The notes: generated by a model not told the origin, from the letters alone. Positions 25,330-39,299 are shown, numbered from the stretch's first letter. The stretch is 64,000 nt of DNA from Eledone cirrhosa (GCA_964016885.1 OZ024752.1:28272001-28336000); one strand, 5' to 3'. Numbers and translations: made by a program.

Positions 25330-25519
25330 AATAACTGTTTCTACTTTTGGCACAAGGCCAGCAATTACCCAGTGCATTACTGGTACTTTATTTTATCGAC
25401 CCCGTAAGGATGAAAGGCAAAGTCAACCTCGGCGGGATTTGAACTCAGATCGTAAAGGGACGTAACTATGCTGGAAAGCATGGCGTCCGACCCTCTACCG
25501 ATACTGCCAATCCACCGCC
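25330..25519 (-). mobile_element. tRNA-derived SINE, near-consensus, with TSD
   Basis: Flanked by cagaaaataac on both sides. Confidence 0.88.
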
Positions 25520-26035
25520 CAGAAAATAACGACATGATTTCGATATCGAGGAAAACTTGCACATTTTATTTGCTTACGTCTCGACAACTTCGGCTCAATA
25601 TTGGTTGTTGAAATAATTAAATCAAGATAATTTAATTAGATGTTTAACCTTTTAGGCACGATTGCAGGAAAGATTAATTTCACCAAATAAACAGAGTATG
25701 AATAAATCATGCAACAATCTGATATATCGGAAAACGATTAAAAATAAAAACACTCGTCTATTTGTGAGTTCCATACATGGCTCAGAAAGGTGTGACATTA
25801 ATCGAGTATAGTTTTATATAATGTATTTCGTATGTGTATGTAACGAAATAACCTGTGGTAGTAAGCAACTAAAGGTCTAGGTATGAGTGAGTATGAAAAG
25901 CGATAAAATACACTGAATGACTGGTGAGGTAGATCATATCACACTGACAATGACAAGATCCTCTGATATAAGACACGAATCAAGTGAAAAGAACGTAATG
26001 GTTTCCCAATTATAATAATACACCACGTAGGTTTG

Positions 26036-26090
<55 letters not shown>

Positions 26091-26281
26091 ATGTGTGTGG
26101 GTATGTGTGTGTATGTTAAGTGTTTCCGTAGAAAAGGTAAAGTAAAGAAGAATGCTCTATATATCTTATATCCATAATAAAGATATTTCATCTGATGAAC
26201 GAACTCAGGCGTTTCTGTTAGAATCGTCTAACTACGCGAAACCTTGGGTAATCGAATAATTATATTGTGTTGTTTATTACA

Positions 26282-26316
<35 letters not shown>

Positions 26317-26417
26317 TTATTGAGCCCTCTTCGGAATTTAGTTTTCACATTTATTATTATTACTGTATATATATATATATATTAGTCTTCAAATTTACTA
26401 TATATATATATATATAG

Positions 26418-26608
26418 TAATAATTGTTTCTACTTTAGGGACAAGGCCAGCAATTACCCAGTACATTACTGGTACTTTATTTTATCGACCCCGTAAGGAT
26501 GAAAGGCAAAGTTAACCTCGGCGGGATTTGAACTCAGACTGTAAAGGGACGTAACTATGCTAGAAAGCATGGCGTCCAACCCTCTACCGATACTGCCAAT
26601 TCACCGCC
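26418..26608 (-). mobile_element. tRNA-derived SINE
   Basis: Same family; flanked by tatatatatagtaataat. Confidence 0.85.
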
Positions 26609-27142
26609 CTTTATATATATAGTAATAATGAATACAAAGACCAAAATCCGAAGAGGACTCGATAAGGATTCTATATATCTTAATCTGTGCTCATAATAAA
26701 TATATATATATGTGTTTATTCTTGACGAAAATGTATTAATGACTCGGACCGTTAAGTGCTTTGTATATACCTCAAACAATTCAAGTAAACAGAAATGATA
26801 AAGCAAGCAACACAGTACAATGAAGAAATATATTATCTGTGAACAAGTCTAACGTGAACAGAGCAATATCAGCAACATCAACAACAACTACAACTACTGC
26901 TTCTGTCGCTCTGTTATTACTACTGCTGCAATAACAAATCAATGTTATGTTTTCTGGAAATTTCGAAAAATCTCACATTTAATGCGGTATGTTATCTCTC
27001 TTTCAATGAAGGCCGCTATGTCTACTAGGGTAGCATTAGCACTCAAAGGGTAGAAGATAGATTATAGAATACCTAGTGGACAAGAGAGACAGACGAAATA
27101 GTGGAGCCGTTAAACTCCCAGCCTGAGACTAAAATATAAGTA

Positions 27143-27784
27143 CAGTAATCCCCCGTTTATCGCGGGGGATACGTTCCAGAACCAACCGCGATAAATGAAA
27201 ATCCGCGATATAGAGAGACCATAAAGACAACCGTTGTTTTCGTAGTTTAAACCTTAAAATACTCCTTCTACATGCTTTAAGTACTCATTAAAACACACTT
27301 TTCTATTTAAACACCGAAAGCAGCCAGGAGCGATCGTAAGAAACAATCACCAATGATCGTACCACCAGTTACTACTGGCCATTACCAGCCACGTTAGTTT
27401 CAATTTTAAACACTTTTTATTCAGACGTACGTACCACGATAAGAAAATAGATATGTTTTTATCGATCCCGGAGGCATGAATTACAAAGTTGACCTCGGTG
27501 AGATTCGACCTCGGGACATAGACATTCGTAACTAAATACCATGAAACATTTTGTCTGACTCTCTACGGATACTGCCAATCCACCGCCTTCCCCATCGTCT
27601 TAATAATTATTTCTAGCATTGGCACAAGGCTAGCAATGTTGGAGGAGGAGAGATTATTATATCTAACCAAAAATCCACGATGTAGCGAGGATTACCGTGA
27701 TGGGCAATTAGATACGTTCCAAAGAAAAATCCGCGTTGTAGCGGGACCGTGAAAACTGAACCGCGATATAGCGAGGGATTACTG
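27143..27784. mobile_element. Non-autonomous Tc1/mariner (pogo/Tigger-like) MITE with nested SINE fragment
   Basis: TA|CAGTAATCCCCCGTTTATCGCGG ... CCGCGATATAGCGAGGGATTACTG|TA terminal inverted repeats with TA duplication. Confidence 0.8.
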
Positions 27785-28293
27785 TATTATGATACTTTTT
27801 TGGGGGGAAAACATTACACATGTAAGCAGCAGTCCCCAAATAACCCTATCACATTATATCTATATGTAGCATACCAAACCAACATACAATAATATCTATT
27901 GTAAGGTGTGTCTTGGGAGAAATGACGTGGAATGCATATACATATATAAAACGTAAACAACATTATGGTTTTGGTGACATAAAAGAAATTCTTTATTATT
28001 GCGGAATTCAGCTCCAAACGTACGGGAATATATCATTCCTAATTAATGAAAAGTGACATTTTTATGATCAAGAGATTAAAAGGATATAACTTCTCAAGAC
28101 AAGTTATGAATGGATATTTGTAATAAAGCGTTCCCCTATCTTGATATGTTATTAAATTCTCCAAAATTAACGAGGGAAGCTAAGCTTTTCAAGAAAAGAA
28201 AGGAATAGGTAAACTAGAAATCTAATCTATAAGTGAATTAAATAAAACATGCAAGATATTTTAAAAATTCAACATGTTAAACTTTATTAATGT

Positions 28294-28611
28294 TGTTGAT
28301 TAAATTCCAATGATCGGGCATTTACAAAAGTTGGACGTACACACAATTATTTGAGCACGCACGTACGGTACACTCATAGATACATACTCACGCACAAACA
28401 CATAATGAAACAAATAAACAGATACGCACACACATAAACGCATGCAAATACTGAAATATACATTAAGATACACAAAAACAAATATGAATATATATATATA
28501 TTATTTGTTTGCGTATGTGTTTGTGCATGAGTACGTATCTACGTGCGTGCTCAAATAATTCTGTGTACGTCCACCTTTTATAAATGCCCGATCATTGGAA
28601 TTTAATCAACA
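28294..28611. repeat. Fold-back inverted repeat (arms of about 85 bp)
   Basis: tgttgattaaattccaatgatcgggcattta.. / ..taaatgcccgatcattggaatttaatcaaca. Confidence 0.8.
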
Positions 28612-28752
28612 ATACATACACACATATATATATATATATAAAGAATTAGTATATCTACTAACATATATATACAGATGCATACCTATGCTAGCAAATATAT
28701 AGGTTTTGTCTTAGTAACTTTGTGGTTCAATGCATGGGGATGCAGAACAATA

Positions 28753-29311
<559 letters not shown>

Positions 29312-30624
29312 CATATATATGTATGTAAAATATATATATATGTATGTAAAAGGTAAATAGGAATAACAACACAATCGGTACAGTATATGGAAGGAATATA
29401 TTAGGTTAACGCTTGAAATAGCAGGAAGAGGGTCTTAACGTTTTCTACACTAGTCGTTCATCAGAAGAAAGAATGAGAAATAAGATAGATTGAAGGGATG
29501 AGCGGGCTGGAATTGGAAAAAATGTCTTTAGATAAAAATAACAGGTCCATTCACATTGACATCTCTTGGAAAACTGTTGATGCTGGCGTTTTATGTATGA
29601 TTTATTTTTTTAGAAAAGTGGTTGATGGAACGCATCTACCCGACATAGAAAAACCGTTTTGTAAAATGAGCTATACTTGTTCGCGTGCGTATGCATGGGT
29701 CTGTGTGTGTTATTATTCGTCCGTACGAAGCTAAGAAGAAATGTGTCTGTATATATAAGTAAAAGAGTGTGCGTGTGCTTGTAAGTACGAAGCTATGAGC
29801 AAAAGTATGTTAATATATTGTCTTCCCGACAATTTATGTCCGGTTTCTCCCCGCCGTGAACGGATATTTCCAAACTCACCAAAGTAACTACATCATTTAT
29901 GTTGAGGCAAACCACCACCAGTTTGTGCGTGCTTTATTCAGTAATGGGACAGTTATTATTTTTTATAAATGATTATTAGATTTTTTATGTTTTCTCCATG
30001 ACAATCTTTACAGTTTACAGCTTTTCCTTATCGAAACATAAGTCGTTATTTATTTCAGATCAATTTTGATCATCACTGCTTTCATCATTCGTGGTGTTCT
30101 CTAGAAAACCTAATAAAAGTGAGTATGAATTCAGCAATGACTCCAATTACAAATGTGCCAAAGCTACTAAAAGAAGATGTAACTTAAATAATATGCATTA
30201 TTTAGAATTAGTTTTAGAAATTAGATAAAAAGTAGAAGAAACTTAGACGTAGAAGAAGCTTATAAGATTTGTAGAAACAACGGCTAAAATAATTAATAAA
30301 GTATTTTATAGAAGCACACAATTATTCAAAACGAAACCCACTGCCATAAATATGGTTATATGTGCAAATGTACCGCTTGTATTCTAGTTACAACTTCAGC
30401 ATGATAAACTAGAAGATATGTAAACTGATGAGAAAAGCAAAGAAAAACTACTCGTTAATATTATGTAATTACTTAGCACACGAAGAGGAAGAGCTTAGTG
30501 GAGGAGAGCTTCATACTTATATAAAACTATCACAAAGTAATTACAATTTGTCTAATAGAAGAAAACGAAAATAGATTAATATAACAAAACATACTATCTC
30601 TCCTTCTCTCTCTCTCTCTCTCTC

Positions 30625-30698
<74 letters not shown>

Positions 30699-30737
30699 GG
30701 CTAGTCGATGCTACAACTTCGATTTTACTCACATTAC

Positions 30738-30787
<50 letters not shown>

Positions 30788-30841
30788 ATATTTATATATG
30801 TGTGTGTGTAATCATGAAGATATACATATGTATATGTGTGC

Positions 30842-30914
<73 letters not shown>

Positions 30915-31819
30915 AGGACACACTAGATGTTAATTACGACAAAGAAACCTAGTTTAAAAGATGGTGAAGATAAAGAAAGATATTTAATCGACATACAACG
31001 TGAAAAGACACTGATAAAGATGGAGATAGTGAAACAGATCAACTGAAATTTAAATACTTTGGAAGCTTACAATGAATTAAAATCTTTGCCTAGATACACA
31101 ATCATGAATCTATAAATATGAAGAGATCAGGATGAAAGGCAGAATATGGAAATCAGCATGAGAAAACAATTGTTCACATATTTTATAGCTGACAGGTCCT
31201 GACATAGACACAATGGCCATAGACATGACTAGATACGTAGACGTATTGATTTGTAAATATCTAGTCGTTTCTAGATTTACATTGAGAATAATTGGCTTAA
31301 GGACACATATAATCCAGTATGGGCCAATGTTAGGACTTCAATAACCAGGGACATAAGATAAAAGCAATTTGCATAGATAATCAAAGGCGGGAAACTTGTT
31401 AATATCTTGATACTTTCCAGCCAAAACGTTTTCTGATACAAATCTAAAATCTATCAATGCATCAAGATTTCGAAACGGCAATGAGCAACATAAGAGTAAA
31501 AACAGTACAGAAAGTAATGCAGCAAAATCTATAACCAGGAACATAAACAAAACCGTAAATAACACAAAGCAAAGCTTATAATATTACGTTTAATCCCAAA
31601 ATAAACATAACGTAAAGGGTATATATATATATATATGTTTTTATATCTGTATTTTTAGCCGTTGGTCTTTCAACAATAAACGTTGATTGCCAAATAAATT
31701 AACTATGGAGTTATAAAAGATACAGAAGCGAAAACCAACCAAACAGTGAGTGTGTTCTGTTATTATTTCTGGCAATAGTATTACAACAATATGACCCTCC
31801 CCAAGTATAACAATATATA

Positions 31820-31851
<32 letters not shown>

Positions 31852-32002
31852 AATATATATATAGTAAGAAACACAGTAAATCGTGTGTCTAATATTACGA
31901 GGGTTGAAAGACCACATTTGTTTGAAATAGTTAACCATGAAGCAGACAGAATGATAAATAAAATAAAATTATATTATACAAACCGCCTCAATAACAATTA
32001 TA

Positions 32003-32084
32003 TCTCTCGGACAGATTAGGGATTAATCTGTTTCGCCCTGGGTGTGTTTGTAACAGATAATCCATGGGCATCATCACCGAGAGA
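32003..32084 (-). ncRNA. Type I hammerhead fold with G at core position 3
   Basis: Minus: ucucucg GUGAUGA u gcccaugg..ccagggc GAAA cagauua-auccc-uaaucug UC cgagaga. All three stems pair. Confidence 0.65.
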
Positions 32085-32240
32085 ATTTAATTAAATGCGA
32101 CAAACACCTAGTACCAACGTTCACACAGAAAAATGAATTCATCACCTCGTGTGCCGTAAGTCAAAAGTGGTATGAGTGTATTGGTTAGAAACAACAGTCC
32201 AACACACGCAACTTAATAAGCTCACCTCTTGAGGGAGCCG

Positions 32241-32360
<120 letters not shown>

Positions 32361-32539
32361 TATGATTTAGGGACTTTGTTGGTATGTAATCAACAGAGTT
32401 ATGTTCATAACAGATACGAAGCACTCGACCAGTAAATTTGTCTGGAGTATTATGATAATAATAGTAATAAACGAAAGATATAACACTATATCATCACTAT
32501 TTATAACAAACAAGAGACAATACATCTATCCGTAGCGCG

Positions 32540-33782
32540 CCCATAAATTATGCTTCGATTAGTACAAAACTATGTTTCATTCTTTAAGTTAACAAGCATT
32601 TCCCTAATTCCCATAAATACAGTAAAATTCTAAACTCTAAGAATGTTAAGCTATCATACTCCACTGCACCAAACCTTGAAGCATACATAAAAAATTTTTA
32701 ACTTAAAGCAATTATTAAACAACACTACAAAACAAAATATTTTAGAAACAGATGGGCATAACGTAATATCAGCCTCCCAACCACCAAATGGGAGACGGGT
32801 ATTACACAACCCACCTGAACTGTTATCCCAACCTATCCATGGAACACCTGCTACCCACAACAAAAACTGCAACTGCCACCTACCCGAAAGTTGCCCATTG
32901 AAGAATAAATGCCTAGAGTCCAACATTGTTTATCAATGCACTGTCGAATCGAACGACCAGAAATGGTATTACATCGGGTCTACCACTACCTCCTTTAAAT
33001 CTCGCTGGTATCATAATCGATTTTCGATTAAACATCCTGAACACCGTCTTGTAACCACGCTCGCCAATAAGACCTGGCAACTCCGTGAATGCAACCGGCA
33101 GTTCACTTTGAAATGGGATAAATTATCCAGCGCTAGTGCATATTGGAGTGGATTGAATTACTGCAGATTATGCAACCTTGAACTCTTTTATATCTTGAAA
33201 TCCAAAAACAACTTACTAAATGACAGAATCGAACGATCGTTAAACTGCAACCATAAACTGAAGGCTAAATTTTCTCACTATAAAATAACTTAACATTCGA
33301 ACCCGAGAATACAACATCACTTTCTCGCTAACTAATTTCATTCAATAACTACTTCCTAACTATACCCCCCCCCCCACACACACACACACTGCAGGGCAGT
33401 ACCCTGCTTATCATTATAATTGGATACTTGAGTACGATCAGCAGACTACAACTATTAACTCGGTGTATACCACCATTCGTTCCCCTTCTCGTAGCTTTTC
33501 TCTGTCCCCTCTCTCTTTCTCTTTCTTTCTCTATCTCCCTTCCTCTCCCTCTATCCCTCTCTCTCTCTCTCGCCTTCTGTCTCCCCCCCCCCTCCACATC
33601 TATCAACCTGCTCTCTGTGGCAATAAATAATTCCAAACTTGACAATATCAACACAATGCCTAAGTTGTCACTTTGAGAGTGATCAGTATAATAAAACCAC
33701 TTGTTGGACCCTATGACAACATTTAGATTAAGCTATCTGTATTCTTCAAACCACTCTCTCCCATTTCTCCGATCCCTACATA

Positions 33783-33814
<32 letters not shown>

Positions 33815-34067
33815 CCCTTCTTTCTCTCTTCCTTTTCTACTCTATCTTCCCCAATAACTCCCTTTAAGAAATACAAGGGAATTTACACTTTAGCCATTTG
33901 CTCTGAAGACACGGTAGGATGAACAACATTTGAAAATTGAGTATCTGCAAATAAATAACTAGCAATTTGCACATAGCATGATTAGGCTGTGTAACTACTA
34001 TAGAAACATGTGTAAGCACTCAGAATAAATTACCTTTTTATGATGTGTACCTGTTTTATTATTCATT

Positions 34068-34070
<3 letters not shown>
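32540..34070 (+). mobile_element. Penelope-like element remnant A (GIY-YIG endonuclease, Naiad-like linker)
   Basis: KHFPNSHKYSKILNSKNVKLS, CNCHLPESCPL, IVYQCTV..YYIGST..FKSRW, CRLCNLE..LLN; 3' region carries a hammerhead. Confidence 0.8.
33899..34018 (+). ncRNA. Minimal type I hammerhead with long stem II (PLE A)
   Basis: tgct CTGAAGA c-acggtag..ctactat-a GAAA catgtg TA agca. Confidence 0.6.
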
Positions 34071-34107
<37 letters not shown>

Positions 34108-34109
<2 letters not shown>

Positions 34110-34220
34110 CGAAGGAAATGTGGTAAGCAACCAGGTGGACCGTAACGCACCAAAGTACTCAATACTTAGGGTAGTAGAGTGGGTAATAGGAACGAGTAGG
34201 ACCCCTGGGTCCTACTCGTT

Positions 34221-34225
<5 letters not shown>
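34108..34225. mobile_element. Miniature head-to-head PLE terminal insertion in (TA)n
   Basis: 34108-34205 is the reverse complement of 42508-42605; 19-bp hairpin 34186-34204/34207-34225. Confidence 0.75.
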
Positions 34226-34263
<38 letters not shown>

Positions 34264-34264
34264 G

Positions 34265-34292
<28 letters not shown>

Positions 34293-34296
<4 letters not shown>

Positions 34297-35350
34297 CTGG
34301 CAACCCCACCAAGGTTTCTTGGTGAGGAGGGTGACTTTGGACATCCTGCAGGACTAAAAACAAGACCTGTCAAAGGGAAAAGGAGCTCTTAAGAGTCAAT
34401 GGCCATCCAAAATCACAGGGAGAGATGACCCCTTAGCCTTTGTCAAGGCAGAATTCTAGGAGAAGGAAAACTCTGATATAACACCTGCAACCCTGATGGT
34501 ATCCAATGATGTTGACTTGTTCTTCTTTTTGGTAAATATCATCTTGGTTAAGAGAGTGGGACTGGCTTTGCTCACTATAAAAGCTTCACGGCACAGGCAT
34601 TGCTTTATATCTGGAGATATCTCTGCACTTGTCATCACATGTACTATGGGCCCAGCACTATATGTCAATAATGGTCACAAGTGGGGTGTTTGTGCCAGAG
34701 TTTTCAAGTCGCTGGCTGGACTAAAAAGTCACACTCGTTCAGCGCATCGGTAGGGGTTCTCCTAAATGAATATAAAGTAGTGGCCGTACTCGAAAACGAG
34801 TTGGCAGTCACCATGTATGTATGTATATGTGTCGGGTCACTCTTGATTGCTAATGGTAACATGTAACCCAGTACAACTTGTCGCATGGTTGGGTCGTCGG
34901 TGACTAAACCGGCAACTCCACCAAGTTTACTTGGTGAGGAGGGTGATTTTGGGCACCCTGCAAGACAAAAAGCAAAACCCGACAAAGGGCGGAAGAACTC
35001 ATAAGAGTCAACGGCCATCCAAAAATATGTAAATATGTATATACACATATATGTATGTATGTGTGCATGTGTATGTATATGCGCGGGGACATAGAAATAG
35101 TTGGGCTGGATACCCGATCGCGCGGTCAAACCACTGAGAGTGAAGGACCCCTAGTCTTTGTCAGGGCATTCTTCTAGGAGACGGCAACTCAGGGAACTGG
35201 GATAACTTCGACATAAAACCTGCGTCTCAGTAGTTACCGATGATGTTGATCTTTTCTTCTTTTCGGGTTATAACTACTGTCGATTAGATAGTAGGATTGG
35301 CTCAGTGCACAGTCTTCACTTTAGAAAAATCTTCACGCACAGGCATTGCA
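34293..35350 (+). mobile_element. Two related RTE-like leader fragments plus an RTE 3' end with C2H2 finger remnant
   Basis: About 34293-34610 and 34905-35350 share ggcaac(c/t)ccaccaag..ggtgaggagggtga..aagagtcaa(t/c)ggccatccaaaa..ttctaggaga. 34680-34830 encodes VCARVFKSLAGLKSHTRSAH followed by an (ATGT)n tail. Confidence 0.55.
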
Positions 35351-35691
35351 CGATAGAATTAATTAATAATTATTAATAATCGTATATCGTGCAATGGTGA
35401 CGATTTTTTTTAAAGTGAAGAAATACTGTGCACTGAGCCAATCTCACTCGCTGACCGACAGTATATATATATATATTTATATATATATATATATATATAT
35501 ATCGTATATATTTAATACATTAACAGAGAAAGCTTTAAGCCATATTCCGACCGGCTTCCGTCTCACTCAACAAACATTAGGATATACCTTAGTATAATCC
35601 CAATTATACGTTTGAGGTGCTAACTATACGTATTTTGCGGATAGCCAGTTGTATTATTTTATATGAGACATAATTAAAATACATCTCTCTT

Positions 35692-35813
35692 TACAAACGA
35701 TCGTTTCATTATAAGTTTTCTACAAATTGGAAAAATAATGTCCAGGTTATGTAGAAGCGTACACATAGTCCGTAGGAATATATGTAGGTGGGCACTTATA
35801 AATCATCAGTGGA
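35692..35813 (-). ncRNA. Minimal type I hammerhead (slightly degenerate stem I)
   Basis: Minus: ucca CUGAUGA u uuauaagu..acuuauaa u GAAA cgaucg UU ugua; palindromic ACGAUCGU. Confidence 0.55.
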
Positions 35814-36099
35814 TGCCCGACAAATATCGATAAAAAAAACCTTACCAATATTAATGTTTAGCGATGGTACACCTCCGTGCCAGAATGACCGCCAAATTTG
35901 AAATTCCAGCAGTCTCACAATGAGAAATCTCACACTGCCATCAAGCGGAAAGGGGAGGTCATCGCAAAACGTAAAAAAATAAAATAATATGCACGCGGGT
36001 CAATTAATTCTTTCAATAATGTTAACCATGCGTGAAGAACTCAATTGGATATAAAAAAATAAATATATGCATGTATTATTTATACACGCATATAGGTAT

Positions 36100-37783
36100 T
36101 TTCTTAGGCTAAAAACAGAGATAAGATACCGGAAGAACAATCAATATTTCATACAAAGAATAAATACGGAAAGTCATACCTAAAAAGTATCTGGAAATAT
36201 TCATCCCTGGCCAAATCAAGAGTATAATATCGTATATATATATAGACTCTTTCCACACACACCTCAAAGCCAATTGGAAAAGATATCTAGACTTTATCCT
36301 ATGGCAAGAAGACATGAACTCACTTACTATGTTTAAAAACATGATAAACAACATAGATAATAACATACAATTCACAATGGAATCCAATCCCAAGGAATTA
36401 ACCTTCTTGGATAGTCTCATCTCTGTAATAGACGGGAAATTAGATACAGATATATTCTATAAACCCACAGATTCCAAGCAATACCTCTTTTTCACATCAA
36501 GTCACCCAAAACATACAAAACTTAACATTCCTTACAATTTGGCCAAACGTATATGTACCATAGTATCAGATCCAACTAAACGGGAGCAAAGACTAAAGGA
36601 ACTAAAAGACACCCTTATCTTAAGAGCCTTTCCACTTGAAATAATCAACAATGGAATAGACAGGGCAAAACACCTAAATCCCCATCAACTTAACAATCCA
36701 AAACAGAAAACCACACTCAACACCCTGCCATATGTATCCACTTTCAACCCCAGAAATACCGAAATGTTTGATCACCTACACAAAAACCTCCCCATCCTAC
36801 TTAAAGATGTAAAAATGAAGTCTATTCTTGAAACACACAAGATCCTTAAAAGTAAAAGACAACCCAAATCACTAAAACGCATTCTCACTGGACCAAATAT
36901 ACCCAAACCAATCCTCAACCCTACAGTTACCAAATGTGGTAGAACAAACTGTGGAACGTGCCTCTACCTCACTGAAGGACAAAAATTTACATTTAAAGAT
37001 GGCCAAACATTTACAGTAAAAAACAATTTCACCTGCAACTCGGAGAACTTGATTTACGCAATAACTTGCGGTGGGTGAAAACACAACTACATAGGACAGA
37101 CGGGCGCCTCATTACGCAAAAGAATGACCATCTACCGCCAACAAATCCGGGACGCTAACACAAGAAAAATCCCCTTGAGCAGCCATATTGCGAACTGCGC
37201 AGGAATGACACTACCCAACTTTAAAATCTTCCCCTTCTACAAGTGCTCAGATTCGTTCACACAGCAACAAAGAATAAACAAAGAAAATCTATTCCTTAAC
37301 AAATTTAAACCAAAACTAAACGGGTTATCACCCCAATAGAATTGTCATAAAATATAAACTCACATACGCACGGAGTGACAGATATATGTGTTTGTATGTG
37401 TGCATGTATATAATTATCACTACTATTAAAGACCAGAGACCAATTCTGTAGAATCAGGTTTATTCGTTGACAGACCATGACTTTGTGTGACCAACACATC
37501 CATGTTAAACCCTGCACGTGCACACACATATATCTATATATATATATATGCGCACACAGAATTCACCACTGTCGGTTGCGGGGCCCAATCTACATGAAGA
37601 ACTCAATGTGATCAGAATGACTTGTATTTTAATTTCACTGTCCTAACTTCTTATATTATGGAAAAAATATATGTGTATGTATGTATATATATATATTTGG
37701 AGGCCATTTCTCTATGTGTGTGGGTGTATGTATGTATATGTGTGTGTGTGTGTGTGTATGTGTGTGCATGTGGATGTATGTAT

Positions 37784-37816
<33 letters not shown>

Positions 37817-37942
37817 GCATGTGGATGTATGTATTGTGTGTGCGTGTGTGTGTGTGTGTGTGTATGTGTGTATCTGGATGTATGCGTATGTGTATATATA
37901 TATATGTGTGTGTGTGTATATATATATGTGTGTGTATGTGTG

Positions 37943-37975
<33 letters not shown>

Positions 37976-38218
37976 TTGTATGTGTGTATGTATATATATG
38001 TGTGTGTGTGTGTATGTGTGGGTGTGTGTGTATATATATATATGTGTATGTATATGTGTGTATATATGTGTATGTACACACATATATATATATATGTGTG
38101 TGTGTGTGTATGTATGTGTGTATCTGGATGTATGTGTATGTATATATATGTGTGTGTATGTGTGTATATATGTGTGTGTGTTTGTGTGTATGTATATGTA
38201 TGTGTGTATGTATGTGTG

Positions 38219-38293
<75 letters not shown>

Positions 38294-38841
38294 ATGCATA
38301 TGTATATGTATGTATGTGTGAATGAAGGTATGTGTGTATATATAGGTGTAAGTGCACTAAATCCCTTTCTATCACTCTCCCCTCTCCTACCGACCACAGG
38401 GAGATATATGTATGTATATTGCTTCCACCTCATCACTGACCAGCAGCTGGCCATCTGGCCATTGCTAAATCTGACCTTTATAAAATAACCCACACCCCCA
38501 AATAACTCCTCATTCACTACCAGAAAGTCACACAGCAGTCAACTTGCTGCTACCAAGATGAAAACTGCTATGAAAACCCACAATGAATTTTATACTTGAA
38601 TTTTCAAATCTCAAATTTTAACTCTTCTTATTATTAATTTTTCTTAATATTAATCAACATTTGAAAAGATGGCTTTTGCAGACCCATCGAAACCGGTCAT
38701 TTTTTATACCCTTTATTATTTCCTTACCTTATAAAATTATATGTTTTTTCACAAAAAAGTATTCTGTCTCTTATATATTCCATGTGCCATTACCAACCTC
38801 AATTTTCTCTATAACCTTCGTTTTGTGTAGAAAATTACACT

Positions 38842-38846
<5 letters not shown>
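36100..38846 (+). mobile_element. Penelope-like element remnant B (RT C-terminus + CxxxxCxxC + GIY-YIG; Neptune-like)
   Basis: IQFTMESNPKELTFLD, IFYKPTDSKQYLFFTSSHPKH, KCGRTNCGTC, FTCNSENLIYAITCGG*KHNYIGQT..LRKRM; long microsatellite-containing 3' region. Confidence 0.88.
38656..38703 (+). ncRNA. Minimal type I hammerhead, U3-A8 core variant (PLE B)
   Basis: aacat TTGAAAA gatgg..ccatc GAAA ccgg TC atttt; identical core in all three copies. Confidence 0.6.
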
Positions 38847-38872
<26 letters not shown>

Positions 38873-39078
38873 AGCCAAAGGGATATTTAATTTGTTGGTA
38901 ATTCAACAAATATATATATTTATAACTGATTCAAAGCACTCGACAAGTTTTCTAGAGTATAATATCAATGATATTAATAAATGGAAACTATATTTATAAA
39001 ACCATATTTATTCTAGGAAAAACTTGAACCGTTATGATCTCCTTTCTGGATCTGTCAATATTTATAAAACAAACTTTG

Positions 39079-39139
39079 TATTTTATCTGATGAGGGCGTA
39101 CCAAAGTTTTGGTACCCTTGAAATACATATAATAGAATA
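39079..39139 (+). ncRNA. Minimal type I hammerhead
   Basis: tattttat CTGATGA ggg-c-gtaccaaa-gt-tttggtac-cct t GAAA tacata TA atagaata. Confidence 0.7.
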
Positions 39140-39226
39140 AATATGGTTTTATAAATATAGTTTGCATTTATTAATATCATTGATATATATATATATATAT
39201 TTTATGATATATATATATATATTTTA

Positions 39227-39299
<73 letters not shown>

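Noticed and set aside
26185-26270. CTGATGA with a long stem (ctcagg..ccttggg) as a hammerhead
   Set aside because: The GAAA reads GAAT and stems I/III do not close; at best a decayed relic.
29433-29470. Minus-strand CUGAUGA..GAAAACGUUAAGA hammerhead-like motif
   Set aside because: Stem II does not pair convincingly; treated as a degenerate relic and not listed as a feature.
30124-31600. Purine-rich, ORF-like stretches that may be old transposon or viral coding relics
   Set aside because: Multiple stops and no motif I can recognise; needs a translated database search.
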